The notes under the pieces were generated by a model. The model searched no databases and had not been told where the DNA came from. It was given only the letters and a program-made list of their open reading frames with translations. A stretch of 64,000 nt of DNA, taken from assembly GCA_965113315.1 (NCBI GenBank), contig OZ220376.1. One strand, given 5' to 3'. The stretch comes from Podarcis vaucheri. Taxonomy: Eukaryota. Positions 25,089-37,133 of this stretch are shown here, one piece after another; the first letter of the stretch is position 1, and the number at the start of each line of letters is the position of its first letter. Made by a program: the position numbers and the translations under genes.

Positions 25089-25308
25089 CTGTAAAAAGAC
25101 AAAACGAGGCATGGCAAACATAAAAACAAAGCACGGCATTTGCAGTAATTTCACACAGAGAAACGAGAGAGATGAGGCCAGGCTGAAGCCAGAGAAGGGA
25201 GTTCCTGATACAGTTCTGCGTGAGAAATTATTACTCAGTATCTCACCCAGGGTTGCTAAACTGATCCCTATGTGACTTTTCCTTGTGGAGCAAGCCAACC
25301 TCCGTTAC

Positions 25309-25449
25309 CTTTTCTCTTTTGCCCTTTGTCTTCCTCCTCTCTTTCTCCTCTTCCTTTTCTTTCTTGCTTGCCGTCTGTTTTATCTTGTTTTCTTTGTCCT
25401 CTTTCTTCTTCTGCTTCTTTCTCACAGGGCTGCCATCTAAGCCATCCTC
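25309..25449 (-). CDS. CHD2: CHD2 exon 33 equivalent
   Basis: EDGLDGSPVRKKQKKKEDKENK...KREK; ttgcag| and AAG|gtaacg. Confidence 0.92.
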
Positions 25450-26069
25450 CTGCAAGGAAAGGGGAAAAGCAGGAAGGGGAGGGGAAAAAAATCAAACCTA
25501 TTTCATTTATTTCAGGGCTGAGGGATTGCAGGTTAGGTGGTGGTGAATTTGTCCCCTGCGCCTCTGTATCGGGCCCTAGTGACTCTATCCAGGCCCCTCC
25601 TCTACCCCACCTTCTCTTCCTCACCAGCCCTTAAGTGCTTCTACCTAGCTGGAATGAATCCTTGAACTGTGATAACACCTCTGCCTGTGGATGATGGAAG
25701 TTGTAGTCCGAGACATCTGAAGGGCCAAGTTATAGTCTACACAAGCCATAATCTGAATGGAACAGCAATGGCATGGATCATCCACATGAGGCTAATGTGC
25801 ACAGCTATTATGGGTTTGTTTTTTTTAAAAAACAAAAAACAAACCTGATTTTCAAAGCTATCATTGTGGGGAGCGGAGAAAGACTACAGAAGCTGAACAG
25901 GGGAAGGGGCTCTGCTGGCTGTGCCTGAGGTGAGGCATCTGGGAAACAAAATCTTAGCCACCAGCTCCTGGTGGATTTTTTTGGGGGGAGGGGGGGAAAT
26001 AAATTTTAAAAGGAATACAAAAATATCAAATACTTGCTTTATCAAAGCTAAAAAGCTGATCTAAATAAA

Positions 26070-26205
26070 NNNNNNNNNNNNNNNNNNNNNNNNNNNNNNN
26101 NNNNNNNNNNNNNNNNNNNNNNNNNNNNNNNNNNNNNNNNNNNNNNNNNNNNNNNNNNNNNNNNNNNNNNNNNNNNNNNNNNNNNNNNNNNNNNNNNNNN
26201 NNNNN
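26070..26205. other. Assembly gap (136 N)
   Basis: Run of N inside CHD2 intron 32; flanking exon phases are consistent, so no coding exon appears to be missing. Confidence 0.99.
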
Positions 26206-26314
26206 ATTCTTCATCTGCCAGCTGTATATATTATTCAACACAATAGAATCTGCACATCAGATATTGCGCAGGTGGGCATGTGGAATCACAGGAGACCTGC
26301 CAAACTGGGCTTAC

Positions 26315-26443
26315 CTTGACCTCTCCTTCTTCTGAGGGGTTGTCTGACTGTCGAGGAGAGGAGACCTCATTCCCATGCTCATCTCTCCCTTTGAGAGACT
26401 TGTTTTCCTTCTTTGCGCGGGGCTTCCTCTTTTTCGCCTTGGT
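26315..26443 (-). CDS. CHD2: CHD2 exon 32 equivalent
   Basis: [15 protein letters not shown]...[16 protein letters not shown]; canonical sites. Confidence 0.93.
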
Positions 26444-26935
26444 CTAAGTTGAGAGAAGAAGAAGTCAGTCACGAGCAGGAGAACTGCAACTTCCCAAGGA
26501 AAGCTTCCCTCCCAGATGACACACAGACCGAGATGTACAGCCTTGTAGCGCACAGCGCATTCTGCTAACATGGTGCCCCCTCTTTGTGAGTTCTGGACCG
26601 GCTACGACTCACATCAGCCCTAGGCGGCATGATGCTGATGTTAACAGAAACACACTTGTGCTGGATGGGGCTGATGACCTGTGGTCCAAACTTGGGGGCA
26701 CCAGGCTTGGCATATGCTGCTTTAAAAGACCTGGGGGTCCTATTCAGCCTTCACTCTGGTTTGAGAGATTTTGCAAAGCTCCATCCGTATGTTTCCAAAG
26801 CATGCATTTGCCTCCACAGAGACTAGAAAGCTGACCTGTGCACTACTGCAGTGCCAAGTCAGATGTGTGAAATGCACAAGGCCTGGTCTAGTGACTCTGC
26901 CTTTCCTGCTGCGATTCATCCATGGTGGAACTGAC

Positions 26936-27058
26936 CTCTTCCACCTCTTTCGTTCCATCCTTTTTCTCCATGTCTTTCTTGAGTAGTTTCAGCAAGTAGT
27001 CGACTCGTGCCTGGAGCTGCTTCCCCTGAGGCTTCTTGTCTGTCTCAACAGGAAGGAT
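26936..27058 (-). CDS. CHD2: CHD2 exon 31 equivalent
   Basis: [28 protein letters not shown]...; canonical sites. Confidence 0.95.
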
Positions 27059-27939
27059 CTGGGGGGGGGGAGAATGTTTTTAAGGACATGGGCATCAAAG
27101 GTCTGATAACAAGAGCCCCCACACATATACTGCTTTCCAAATATAAGATACAGAAAGCTACAACTAAGAAAATGGGGAAGTGGATTAAGAATTCAAAGTG
27201 GGGGGAATTGGACATCCATCAGTAATCCAAACACTAGAGCAGTGTTTTCTGCTCTAAGAGGCAGCATTCTTTAAGAGTATAAATAAATGTTTCTTTTTCT
27301 TCTGCCCAGCTTTTCCATGAGCCTTGCAGGGTGTAGTCAACAGCAAAATACATTGCCAGTTGAACCACAGAACTTATACCCAGTTTCCCTGAGCACAACA
27401 GACTTCCAGAGATGTTGTTTTGCCCCATTATTGCCATTACTTGTTTTGATTTAAGGCTGGTTGCTCAGTGGAGGGTTGAAATTATCTTTGGAGGAAGCCA
27501 AACACTTGGCAGCAGACACACACGCACTGCCTGCATTCACACATGATAGTATGCCATGGTTTGTTCTAGCTATGGCTCGTTCAACAAACCATGTTCACAG
27601 ACCTGCAAACAAGGCGCATCTTGTTTCTCCGAAGCTTTCATTTTCCAACTAGCTTTGCCTCAACAGCTTAGTGAGGATCTAGGGTGGAGTGGCCTAACAA
27701 ACCATGGTTAAGCAAGGCTATGGTTTCAAACATAACACTAAACCATAGCCATAACATGTCACAGTTTGTAAGCCAACAGCAAATTGTGGCTTCACGTTGT
27801 GGTTTGGCTGGGAGAAAATAAACCTCAGTTAGTCTGTTGGCTGAGTTTGCACAGCCAAACAAACCACTCTTTGGCCAAACTAACCATGGCTTAGTGTTAT
27901 ACATGCAAACCAGGCCTCTGCATGTGAGGTTTCTTGTAC

Positions 27940-28090
27940 CTTGTTGGTTAATTTCAGCTCTGGGTCTGATTTGATGAGCTCCCAGTTCCCGTAGCCATGT
28001 TCATATACTCCCACCAGCAAGTGAGAGTCATCTTCCAAACTCCAGTCCACATCAAAATGGGCAGCTTTCACACGGCAAGTCAGGCAGAAC
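27940..28090 (-). CDS. CHD2: CHD2 exon 30 equivalent (DNA-binding SANT-SLIDE region)
   Basis: [50 protein letters not shown]. Confidence 0.96.
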
Positions 28091-28933
28091 CTGCAATTTA
28101 ATGGGAGAGCAGGGAAGAGGTTTTGTTGTTTGGCTCAAGATGGTATATATGGTTTTCCTCCTTCCCCATTTTATCTTCACAACAACTCTGTGAGGTAAGC
28201 TAGGCTAAGGGTGACTGGCCTATGGTCACCCATGGCCGAGTAAGGATTTGAACACAGGCCTGCCAGGTCTAAGTCCAACACTATAACCCCTGAACGACAC
28301 TGTCTCTCTTCACTTTTTACATCAGAGTTCTTTTTCTCTGCCTCTAAAGGTCCGCAACGGAAGGGGGACTGGGAGAGAGAGTAAAGGCACAAATTTGTGT
28401 CTTTCTCACCTAAACTTTCCAGTGTTTTAGGCTTCTTCACCCATTACACTGAGGTGCAAGCTTTCTCTACACATGTACAAGTGTTGGTGTGTGAAAAGAG
28501 TGTACACCTGTTGAGCACAGCTGCACTATGGTGTGTACACAGCTAGATACATTGAGTGTTACATGCAGATAACCATGAGTCCACAGCTCAACTGTCTGTG
28601 CACCCCAACTAGATGTGTCCAGATGCGTACACTGGTTTGAATGTAACATGCGATGAACACCCATTCTGAGAGGCAGGACTTCATTCTGGACCCACCGAGG
28701 GCTCCCCTGTGAATATTCTCTTCTGCCTATCTCATTAAAGAAAGGAAAGTCAGCTGGGAGTCTGAAGATGAAGGGGTGAGCCAGAAGCTCAGTGAGTCCC
28801 ATTAATTTACAGATAAACCAAAGCTGCAATCTGGAAAGCAGCTGAAAGTCAGGCCTCTCTTGCCACTGCTCTACGCCAACTCTCACCTCCTTGCGCTCTT
28901 CTTCCCTGCGTCCCCAGGAAGCTTCAGACTCAC

Positions 28934-29072
28934 CTTGCCCTCTCCTCCAGGTCCATTGGGATGGTCTTGTGCAGCATTGCAAACTCCTCTTCGTGCTGAA
29001 TGATGGCTTTCACGTTCACCTGGACACCAGAAATCTTAATGGTGGGGCCTCTTCTCTTCCCTGGTCCTTTGT
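28934..29072 (-). CDS. CHD2: CHD2 exon 29 equivalent
   Basis: [38 protein letters not shown]...; canonical sites. Confidence 0.95.
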
Positions 29073-29208
29073 CTGGAAAAAAAGAGCCACAGATGCTTCA
29101 GCTACAAGCAACAGGGGGGAAGGGGTGAGTTGCTTATCTGAAAAGAATGAGGATCCAAGTGCTTTAACCAATCTCTTTTTCCTGGGCACAAGACTCTTCT
29201 CCACTTAC

Positions 29209-29348
29209 TTTCTGCAGGGTTCTCTTTCAGGTGTTCTTCGTACTCCTGCATGGCCGAAACACAGCTGTTGTGAAGAAGCTCCCCAAGGCGTTTGAGGTCG
29301 GCCACCGATTTGTCTACCAGCTCCGCATCTCGGGCAATGCACTCCAGC
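29209..29348 (-). CDS. CHD2: CHD2 exon 28 equivalent
   Basis: [38 protein letters not shown]...; canonical sites. Confidence 0.96.
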
Positions 29349-29588
29349 CTGGAGGGGGGAGAAGAGAACAATGAAGTGAATGGAAACGCAGCTCCCTCGT
29401 GGCAGCAGATAGTTCATAACCCAGTGCCACACTGGAACTCATCAACAGTTCCTCTGCCAGAGGCATCGTTTATCAATGTATGGGATGTGATTTTATCTGA
29501 ACATCTGGTCAGACATAGACGTGTAGTCTGGGGCAGAGCCAAATCAGACGGTTTTGATGCAGATAGGTCTCCCCCCCCACACACACTC

Positions 29589-29634
<46 letters not shown>
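29589..29634. repeat. (ATAG)n microsatellite
   Basis: Read directly; abuts the Penelope-like array. Confidence 0.95.
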
Positions 29635-29635
<1 letters not shown>

Positions 29636-30347
29636 TGCAGGTTTTGGTGTCTTCGGGTGTCTTCCCGTGTAAGAGTCGGGGTGTCTGTGCGACGTTTCGA
29701 CGAGGTCTCACTCGTCATCTTCAGGCATCTTCAGACCTCGTCGAAACGTCGCACAGACACCCCGACTCTTACACGGGAAGACACCCGAAGACACCAAAAC
29801 CTGCATTCCTGTACCCGTGAAAATCTACGAAAGCATATATATATATATATATATATATCTTCAGGCTGGTGCTTTCGGCTTCTTGTTACTTTGCCCCATG
29901 GCACCCTTTCCCCACCGCAGTCACAAGGGGATGAGGAGCGGGCGGCGAGCGGCTTCCGTTCCCTCCCGCCCCGTCGAAGCGTGAGTCACCCGCACGCGTC
30001 TTATATATATATATATATATATATATATGCTTTCGTAGATTTTCACGGGTACAGGAATGCAGGTTTTGGTGTCTTCGGGTGTCTTCCCGTGTAAGAGTCG
30101 GGGTGTCTGGGCGACGTTTCGACGAGGTCTCACTCGTCATCTTCAGGCTGGTGCTTTCGGCTTCTTGTTACTGGAACAGAGCAGAGTCTCAAACACTCTG
30201 AGCAGAGAACTCAAACACCAGACTCTGCTCTGTTCCAGTAACAAGAAGCCGAAAGCACCAGCCTGAAGATGACGAGTGAGACCTCGTCGAAACGTCGCCC
30301 AGACACCCCGACTCTTACACGGGAAGACACCCGAAGACACCAAAACC

Positions 30348-30374
<27 letters not shown>
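29635..30374. mobile_element. Complex inverted array of Penelope-like element termini with hammerhead cores
   Basis: Four alternating copies of one unit (CTGAAGAT-GACGAG..CTCGTC-GAAACGTC...CCGTGAAAATCTACGAAAGC) separated by (TA)n tracts. Confidence 0.75.
30263..30296 (+). ncRNA. Minimal hammerhead-like core (also on - strand at 29691-29724 and 30113-30146)
   Basis: CUGAAGA-U-GACGAG-UGAGAC-CUCGUC-GAAAC-GUC; stem I is weak. Confidence 0.5.
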
Positions 30375-30378
<4 letters not shown>

Positions 30379-31189
30379 CTAGGGAGAGCCATAGATGTAC
30401 TCCTCCTATGACTCACTCCTGGGCTATGTAGACACATCTTAAGAAACTGGCTATATTTAATTGCATCTCTTTAATTTGACTTATATACTGAATATGCTCT
30501 GTGTATCGTTCTGTTATGGTTTGTATCATGTGTTAGTCTGTACCACATGTCTATTGTTAAATCAATAAAAATGAAATGATGAAATGAAATGCCACATCCT
30601 ACAGCCTTCCCCCAAAGAATCCTGGGAGCTGTAGTTTGTTAAGGGTGCGGAGGATTGTGAGGAAACCCCCATTGTCATCACAGTATGACAATTCCCAGAG
30701 TGGTTTAAAGAATCAATCCTTCTTCCCAGGGAACTTTGGGAATTACCCTCCTTAGCGTGGTATGTCTGCCTCCATCATTATCAACTCTCAGGCAGAATTG
30801 GAAAACATTCCAGTCTACCCAGAAATTTGGTGGCCCACAAATGTTGTGGCAGCCTCAAGATCATTGGATGGTAGAATGTTTTTAAACTGTAATTGCTGTT
30901 GTTTATCATTTATAAAATATATTTATATAATGCTATTATCGTAAAAAAAAAATCAAGTTGACGTATAAGGAAAAAAATATGAATGTTTCTATTTGTTTTA
31001 ACACGTTTTTAATTGTTTTTTAGAATATTTTTATCTGTTTTGTAATGTTTTTGTTTTAAAAATGTATTGTTTGCTATCCTGGGCTTCTCGGGGAGGAAAG
31101 CCATGATGAAAAATCCAGTAAAATAAAAAATAGTAACAGTACCCTCAGTGTAATCCCTGGCACCCCCAACTAAATAGATCAGCGCTTAC

Positions 31190-31231
31190 CGTTCCAGGGG
31201 AACTCCAAACTTTTTGTAGGCCTTGATAAAC
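31190..31231 (-). CDS. CHD2: CHD2 exon 27 equivalent (42 nt)
   Basis: FIKAYKKFGVPLER; cgcag| and CG|gtaagc. Confidence 0.93.
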
Positions 31232-31629
31232 CTGCGGGATTCAAACAAAAAAATGGGGCAACAGCTGTCAAAAGAGTTCCAGCAAGTGCATTCTTACTTG
31301 AATAAACTTGTTCTGTGGAGCTGGTCACCTAACTATGGCAAAAGGCAGTCAGGGATGCTTCTAACTCCACCTCCCAAATCATGATTGTGCCACCATCCCA
31401 AGAGTACCACAATCTCCCTGGAATTCCAAGCGTTATCACAAAGCTTTGCTGGCTGCGTGGCGGGGGGGGGGGGGATAGCTACCAGGTAAATAAAGTAATT
31501 CTGAATTGAAAAAAAAGGGCTTTTTCGCTTAAATGAAAATGAGTTTAAGAAGTATCGGAGCCTGCTCAAGACTCCTGGGCAGGGGGAGGAATAAACGCAG
31601 ATGAAACCCCATCAGGCATCAGTGCTGAC

Positions 31630-31805
31630 CTCCTGATTTCTGTGTCCGTGAAGCCTTCCACCATGTCCTTCCGGACGCTGCGGGGCCGCCCTCTTCGTTT
31701 GGGTCTTTTATCATCGTCTGAGTCCTCCGTCTCGCTCTCCGAGCCGGACGACCCCTGCAGCTTTTTCTTCATCTCAACATCCGAATCGCTGTCATTGGCC
31801 TGTGC
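31630..31805 (-). CDS. CHD2: CHD2 exon 26 equivalent
   Basis: [11 protein letters not shown]...[24 protein letters not shown]. Confidence 0.95.
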
Positions 31806-32887
31806 CTATGGGGGCAGAAAGGACAACAGATCAGCCAGGCTGCTTGCTTGCAGCAGGAGGTATCTTAGCCCCTGAGCTCTCATCACTTCAGGATGCCCCA
31901 GATATTTTGGCAGAGGAGGAGGGTGAAAGGCTTCCAGTGTACTGCTGGAGCTTTGATGTGCCAGCTATCGCCTATAAAAACAGACCCACTTGTTCAGGAA
32001 GGGCCATTGTTCAGTGGTAAGCATCTGCTTGCATGCCGAAGGTCCCAGGTTTGAGACCAGCTAGGGCTGGGACTGCCGCCTGCCTGAAACCCTGGAGAGC
32101 TTGGACCAGTGTAGAAAATACTGAGCTAGTAGTCTGACTCGGTTTAAGGCAGCTTCCTTTGCTGCTATTCAAATCAGCCCTTTATTCCAAACCATGAGGA
32201 GTGGAAACTTAATCCTTAAAGGCACGGGACCACAGCTCAGTGGTAAAGCATCTGCTTTGCAGGCAGAAGACCCCAGGTGCAATCCCCAGCATCTCTAGGC
32301 AAGGCTCGGAGAGGTCAGTCTGAACCCCTGGAGAGCAGCTACCAGCCAGGGTAGGTGATACTGAGCTCGATGGTCTAGCTCAATGTAAGTCAGCCTCCTA
32401 TGTTCCTTCCCAACGAGGGGCCCTGCTTTGCATTTCAAAAAGCAGAGGTTGCAAGAGGGGAAACTGAAATCTGCAAGGGACCCGTTTAACCCACTCTGCA
32501 GTCTCCAATCCTGCATTGCCCTCTCTCACACCTCCTAAGCTCAGCCTCCGACGTCCCCGACTTCCTAAATTTACAATGTAAACCCTTTGGGGGCAATCAC
32601 CTGCCTTTGCTTACATCTATCAAGCGCCCCACATTGTGAAGAGGGCACGGAGAAATAATAAATGCCGTATGTCCCTCACTGAAGCAGCAGGCTCTGTGTG
32701 AATGCCTTAAATGTAGAAAAGAAGAGTGTTGCTGCACTCAGCTCCTGCACGCGGGATTCCCAAAGGCACCAAAGTGGCCGCAGGAGGACTAGATGGACTT
32801 TTGGCCTGAATGAGTTGGGCTCTTACATTCTTAGCAGTGGTTGGTCTGGGTTCAACTTGAGGAGGACACACCCTGCCCTGGCCATAC

Positions 32888-33061
32888 CTTTTTAGCCGAG
32901 CTGCGGATTCTGGGAAGCATGTAGATCTCCTCTAGTTCCTTCTGCCGCTCCTCCTCCTCCACCTTCTTCCTCTGCTCCTCTGGGATGATATCGTCCCAGT
33001 CCTTCTGAGACTTCTCCTCAAGCTCGGCTTCCTCCTCCTCCATCGTTGCAAAGTTGGCCAC
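32888..33061 (-). CDS. CHD2: CHD2 exon 25 equivalent
   Basis: [11 protein letters not shown]...[13 protein letters not shown]...[13 protein letters not shown]. Confidence 0.96.
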
Positions 33062-33559
33062 CTACAAAAGGATAAAACACCCGCCAGGTTTCATTCCTTG
33101 TCACCAGGTTAAAAAATATTTCAAACCGATCCCATGTTCTCTCTCTGTGTGTGTGTGTGTGTGTCTCCTCACAATGACACCGTGTGAGAAGGAACCAGCT
33201 AAGACGAAGGGAAACTGAGGCTGCAAGTGCATGCCTTCTCCAAGGCCACCAGGACCGTGAAGGAATTTGAACCCGGGTCACAATCATGAGTGTCTGCAGG
33301 AATTTTTCCGGAGTAAGGTGGGAACAAAGTTTGGACACAATTGCTCTACAGCCACTGGCAAAATTATCTGCCATCTGTGCTGGTACTTCTTGTAAGATCT
33401 GAAACCATCACATCTTCACAGGGTTGGTCATATTCCCATTTGAGAATGCTCTCATTTCATTTTTAAATTGTCTTATCCTCTGCCCCTAGGTTCCTTGGGG
33501 AGGAAGGCTGCGATATAAATTCAATAAAAAATAACTGAAAACATGCTAACGTTGTTTTA

Positions 33560-33859
<300 letters not shown>

Positions 33860-33868
33860 TCAAAAGTA

Positions 33869-34110
33869 CAGTCATACCTTGGTTCTCGAACAGAATGTGT
33901 TCCGGGAGTCCGTTGAACTCCCAGAACTGTTCAAAAACCAAGGCACAGCTTCCGATTGGCTGCAGGAGCGTCCTGCAGCCAACTGGAAGCCACACCGGAC
34001 GTTCGGTTTCTGAAAATCGTTCGAAAACCAGAACACTCACTTCCAGTTTTCGATCGTTCGGGAGCCGAAACGTACGAGTTCCAAGGCGTTTGGCAACCAA
34101 GGTACGACTG
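33869..34110. mobile_element. Tc1/mariner-type MITE
   Basis: TA|CAGTCATACCTTGGTT...AACCAAGGTACGACTG|TA. Confidence 0.85.
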
Positions 34111-34751
34111 TAGAGGAGTGTGCCCCTTTCAACACCGCATTAAGATTCACAACAAATAATTTTCTGCATTGCTCACAGAGCAACTACTACTAAGGCCCCA
34201 AATATCTGACAAGTTGTCTCCATCCCTGCCTATAGGCCCTCCCAGGGTACCGGCAGAGGAGTACCTAAGTGTCGCTCCGTCACCTTCAGAAGTGTTGGCA
34301 GTTGTAGCCCAGGAGAGGGATTTCTCTGTGATGGCCCCTCCGTTCTAGAACTCCCTCCCCACAATGCCTGACATCATCGTTCCACAGCTTCCACCCAGTG
34401 CTGAAGACACACCTCTTTTACCCTGCCCCTTGGAAGTTAAGGTACTTTGTTTTGGGGGATCCACTTCCTTTTGTTGAATTTAAAGTCCCCTGTTCCATTT
34501 ATAATGGTCTTGCTAGTTTTACAATCATAAACTGATTTATTTGATTTTATAACTGTATTAGAATATCGTCGTAACCTGTCCTGGAACCTTGTGGTGAAAG
34601 GGGTAGGTAAGGAATCCTATAAATGAAAGAATAAAGAATGAAATAAATTTATTCCTTGTGGAACACCAGCTTGGGAACTGGTATGGGGTTGTTCACCTCT
34701 GTTGGTATCATAGAAACATACAAGCTTGTATCAAAAATTAATCCTGCTCAG

Positions 34752-36686
34752 GGGGTTGTTGTTGTTGTTTAGTTGTTTAGTCATTTAGTCGTGTCTGACT
34801 CTTCGTGACCCCATGGACCAGAGCACGCCAGGCACTTCTGTCTTCCACTGCCTCCCGCAGTTTGGTCAAACTCATGCTGGTAGCTTCGAGAACACTATCC
34901 AACCATCTCATCCTCTGTCGTCCCCTTCTCCTTGTGCCCTCCATCTTTCCCAACATCAGGGTCTATTCCAGGGAGTCTTCTCTTCTCATGAGGTGACCAA
35001 AATATTTGAGCCTCAGCTTCACGATCTGTCCTTCGTGTGAGCACTCAGGGCTGATTGGATAGGTTTGATCTTCTTGCAGTCCATGGGACTCTCAAGAGTC
35101 TCCTCCAACACCATAATTCAAAAGCATCAATTCTTCGGCGATCACCCTTCTTTATGGCCCAGCTTTCACTTCCATACATCGCTACTGGGAAAACCATAGC
35201 TTTTACTATACGGACCTTTGTTGGCAAGGTGATGTCTCTACTTTTTAAGATGCTGTCTAGGTTTGTCATTGCTTTTCTCCCAAGAAGCAGGCATCTTTTA
35301 ATTTTGTGGCTGCTGTCACCATCTGCAGTGATCATGGAGCCCAAGAAAGTGAAATCTCTCACTGCCTCCATCTCTTCCCCTTCTATTTGCCAGGAGGTGA
35401 TGGGACCAGTGGCCATGATCTTCGTTTTTTTGATGTTGAGTTTCAGACCATATTTTGCGCTCTCCTCTTTCACCCTCAATAAAAAGTTCTTTAATTCCTC
35501 CTCACTTTCTGCCATCAAGGTTGCGTCATCTGCATATCTGAGGTTGTTGATATTTCTTCCGGCAATCTTAATTCTGGCTAGGGATTCATCCAGCCCAGCC
35601 TTTCGCATGATGAATTCTGCATATAAGTTGAATAAGCAGGGAGACAATATACAGCCTTGCCGTACTCCTTTCCCAATTTTGAACCAATCAGTTGTTCCAT
35701 ATCCAGTTCTAACTGTAGCTTCTTGTCCCACATAGAGATTTCTCAGGAGACAGATGAGGTGATCAGGCACTCCCATTTCTTCAAGAACTTGCCATAGTCT
35801 GCTGTGGTCGACACAGTCAAAGGCTTTTGCATAGTCAATGAAGCAAAAGTAGATGTCTTTCTGGAACTCTCTAGCTTTCTCCACAATCCAGCACATGTTT
35901 GCAATTTGGTCTCTGGTTCCTCTGCCTCTTCTAAATCCAGCTTGCACTTCTGGGAGTTCTCGGTCCACATACTGCTTGAGCCTTCCTTGTAGAATTTTAA
36001 GCATAACCTTGCTAGTGTGTGAAATGAGTGCAATTGTGCAGTAGTTGGAGCATTCTTTGGCACTGCCCTTCTTGGGAATTGGGATGTAGACTGATCTTCT
36101 CCAATCCTCTGGCCACTGCTGAGTTTTCCAAGCTTGCTGGCATATTGAGTGTAGCACCTTAACAGCATCATCTTTTAGAATTTTAAATAGTTCAGCTGGA
36201 ATACCATCACTTCCACTGACCTTGTAATCTGAGGGGTTTCTAAGGCCCATTTGACTTCACTCTCCAGGATATCTGGCTCAAGGTCAGCAACCACACTTCC
36301 TGGGGTGTACGAGCCATCCATATCTTTCTGGTATAATTCCTCTGTGTATTCTTGCCACCTCTTCTTGATGTCTTCTGCTTCTGTTAGGTCATTACCACTT
36401 TTGTCCTTTATTATGGTAATCTTTGTACGAAATGTTCCTTTCATATCTCCAATTTTCTTGAACAGATCTCTGGTTCTTCCCATTCTGTTGTTTTCCTCTA
36501 TTTCTTTGCATTGCTCGTTTAAGAAGGCCTTCTTGTCTCTCCTTGCTATTTTTTGGAAATCTGCATTCAATTTCCTGTATCTTTCACTATCTCCCTCACA
36601 TTTTGCTTGCCTTCTCTCCCCCGCCATTTGTAAGGCCTCGTTGGACAGCCACTTTGCTTTCTTGCATTTCCTTTTCATTGGGATGG
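34752..36686 (-). mobile_element. 5'-truncated Bov-B (RTE clade) LINE, frameshifted
   Basis: RT ORF 35045-36250 with NLRYADD; upstream frame 36175-36686; (CAA)n-type tail; 10-bp TSD TCCTGCTCAG at 34742-34751 and 36687-36696. Confidence 0.93.
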
Positions 36687-36827
36687 TCCTGCTCAGAGTA
36701 AACCCACTGAAATTAATTAACGCAACTATCTTAGCTCTAATAACTTTCATGAGTCTATTGAATACTGGTCATTGCCTGTAACAATAAAGATTTGATTTGA
36801 TTTGTGGGCCTGGTCTGGGTAGGACTA

Positions 36828-37053
36828 CAGTGGCACCTCGGTTTTTGAACGTAATCCGTTCCAGAAGACCATTCGAGTTCCAAAACCGAAACTCAGTATG
36901 GAAGCCTCAAAACAGAAAACTCAATACGGAAGCAGCATTTCCAGTTCAACTTCTGAGGCACGTCTAAAAACCGAAGCATTTACTTCTGGGTTTACGGTGT
37001 TCGAAAACCGAAATGTTCGTTGACAAAGACATTCGAAAACCAAGGTACCACTG
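36828..37053. mobile_element. Tc1/mariner-type MITE
   Basis: TA|CAGTGGCACCTCGGTTTT...AAAACCAAGGTACCACTG|TA. Confidence 0.85.
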
Positions 37054-37133
37054 TAGCTTTGAATACAACCTTCAGAGGGGGAACCATCTCTAACAAAGTG
37101 TGCCAACCAAAAAACCCTTCCAGCTCGGCTCAC

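Noticed and set aside
27660-27915. Repeated AAACCATGG/TGGTTT motifs as a structured ncRNA
   Set aside because: Similar sequence recurs near 61330-61570, so it is more likely an old dispersed repeat.
29635-30352. Repeated small ORFs MQVLVSSGVFPCKSRGV as a peptide family
   Set aside because: They result from the inverted repeat units; no independent sign of coding.
35055-36781. Plus-strand ORFs of 226 and 176 aa
   Set aside because: Antisense shadows of the Bov-B ORF.
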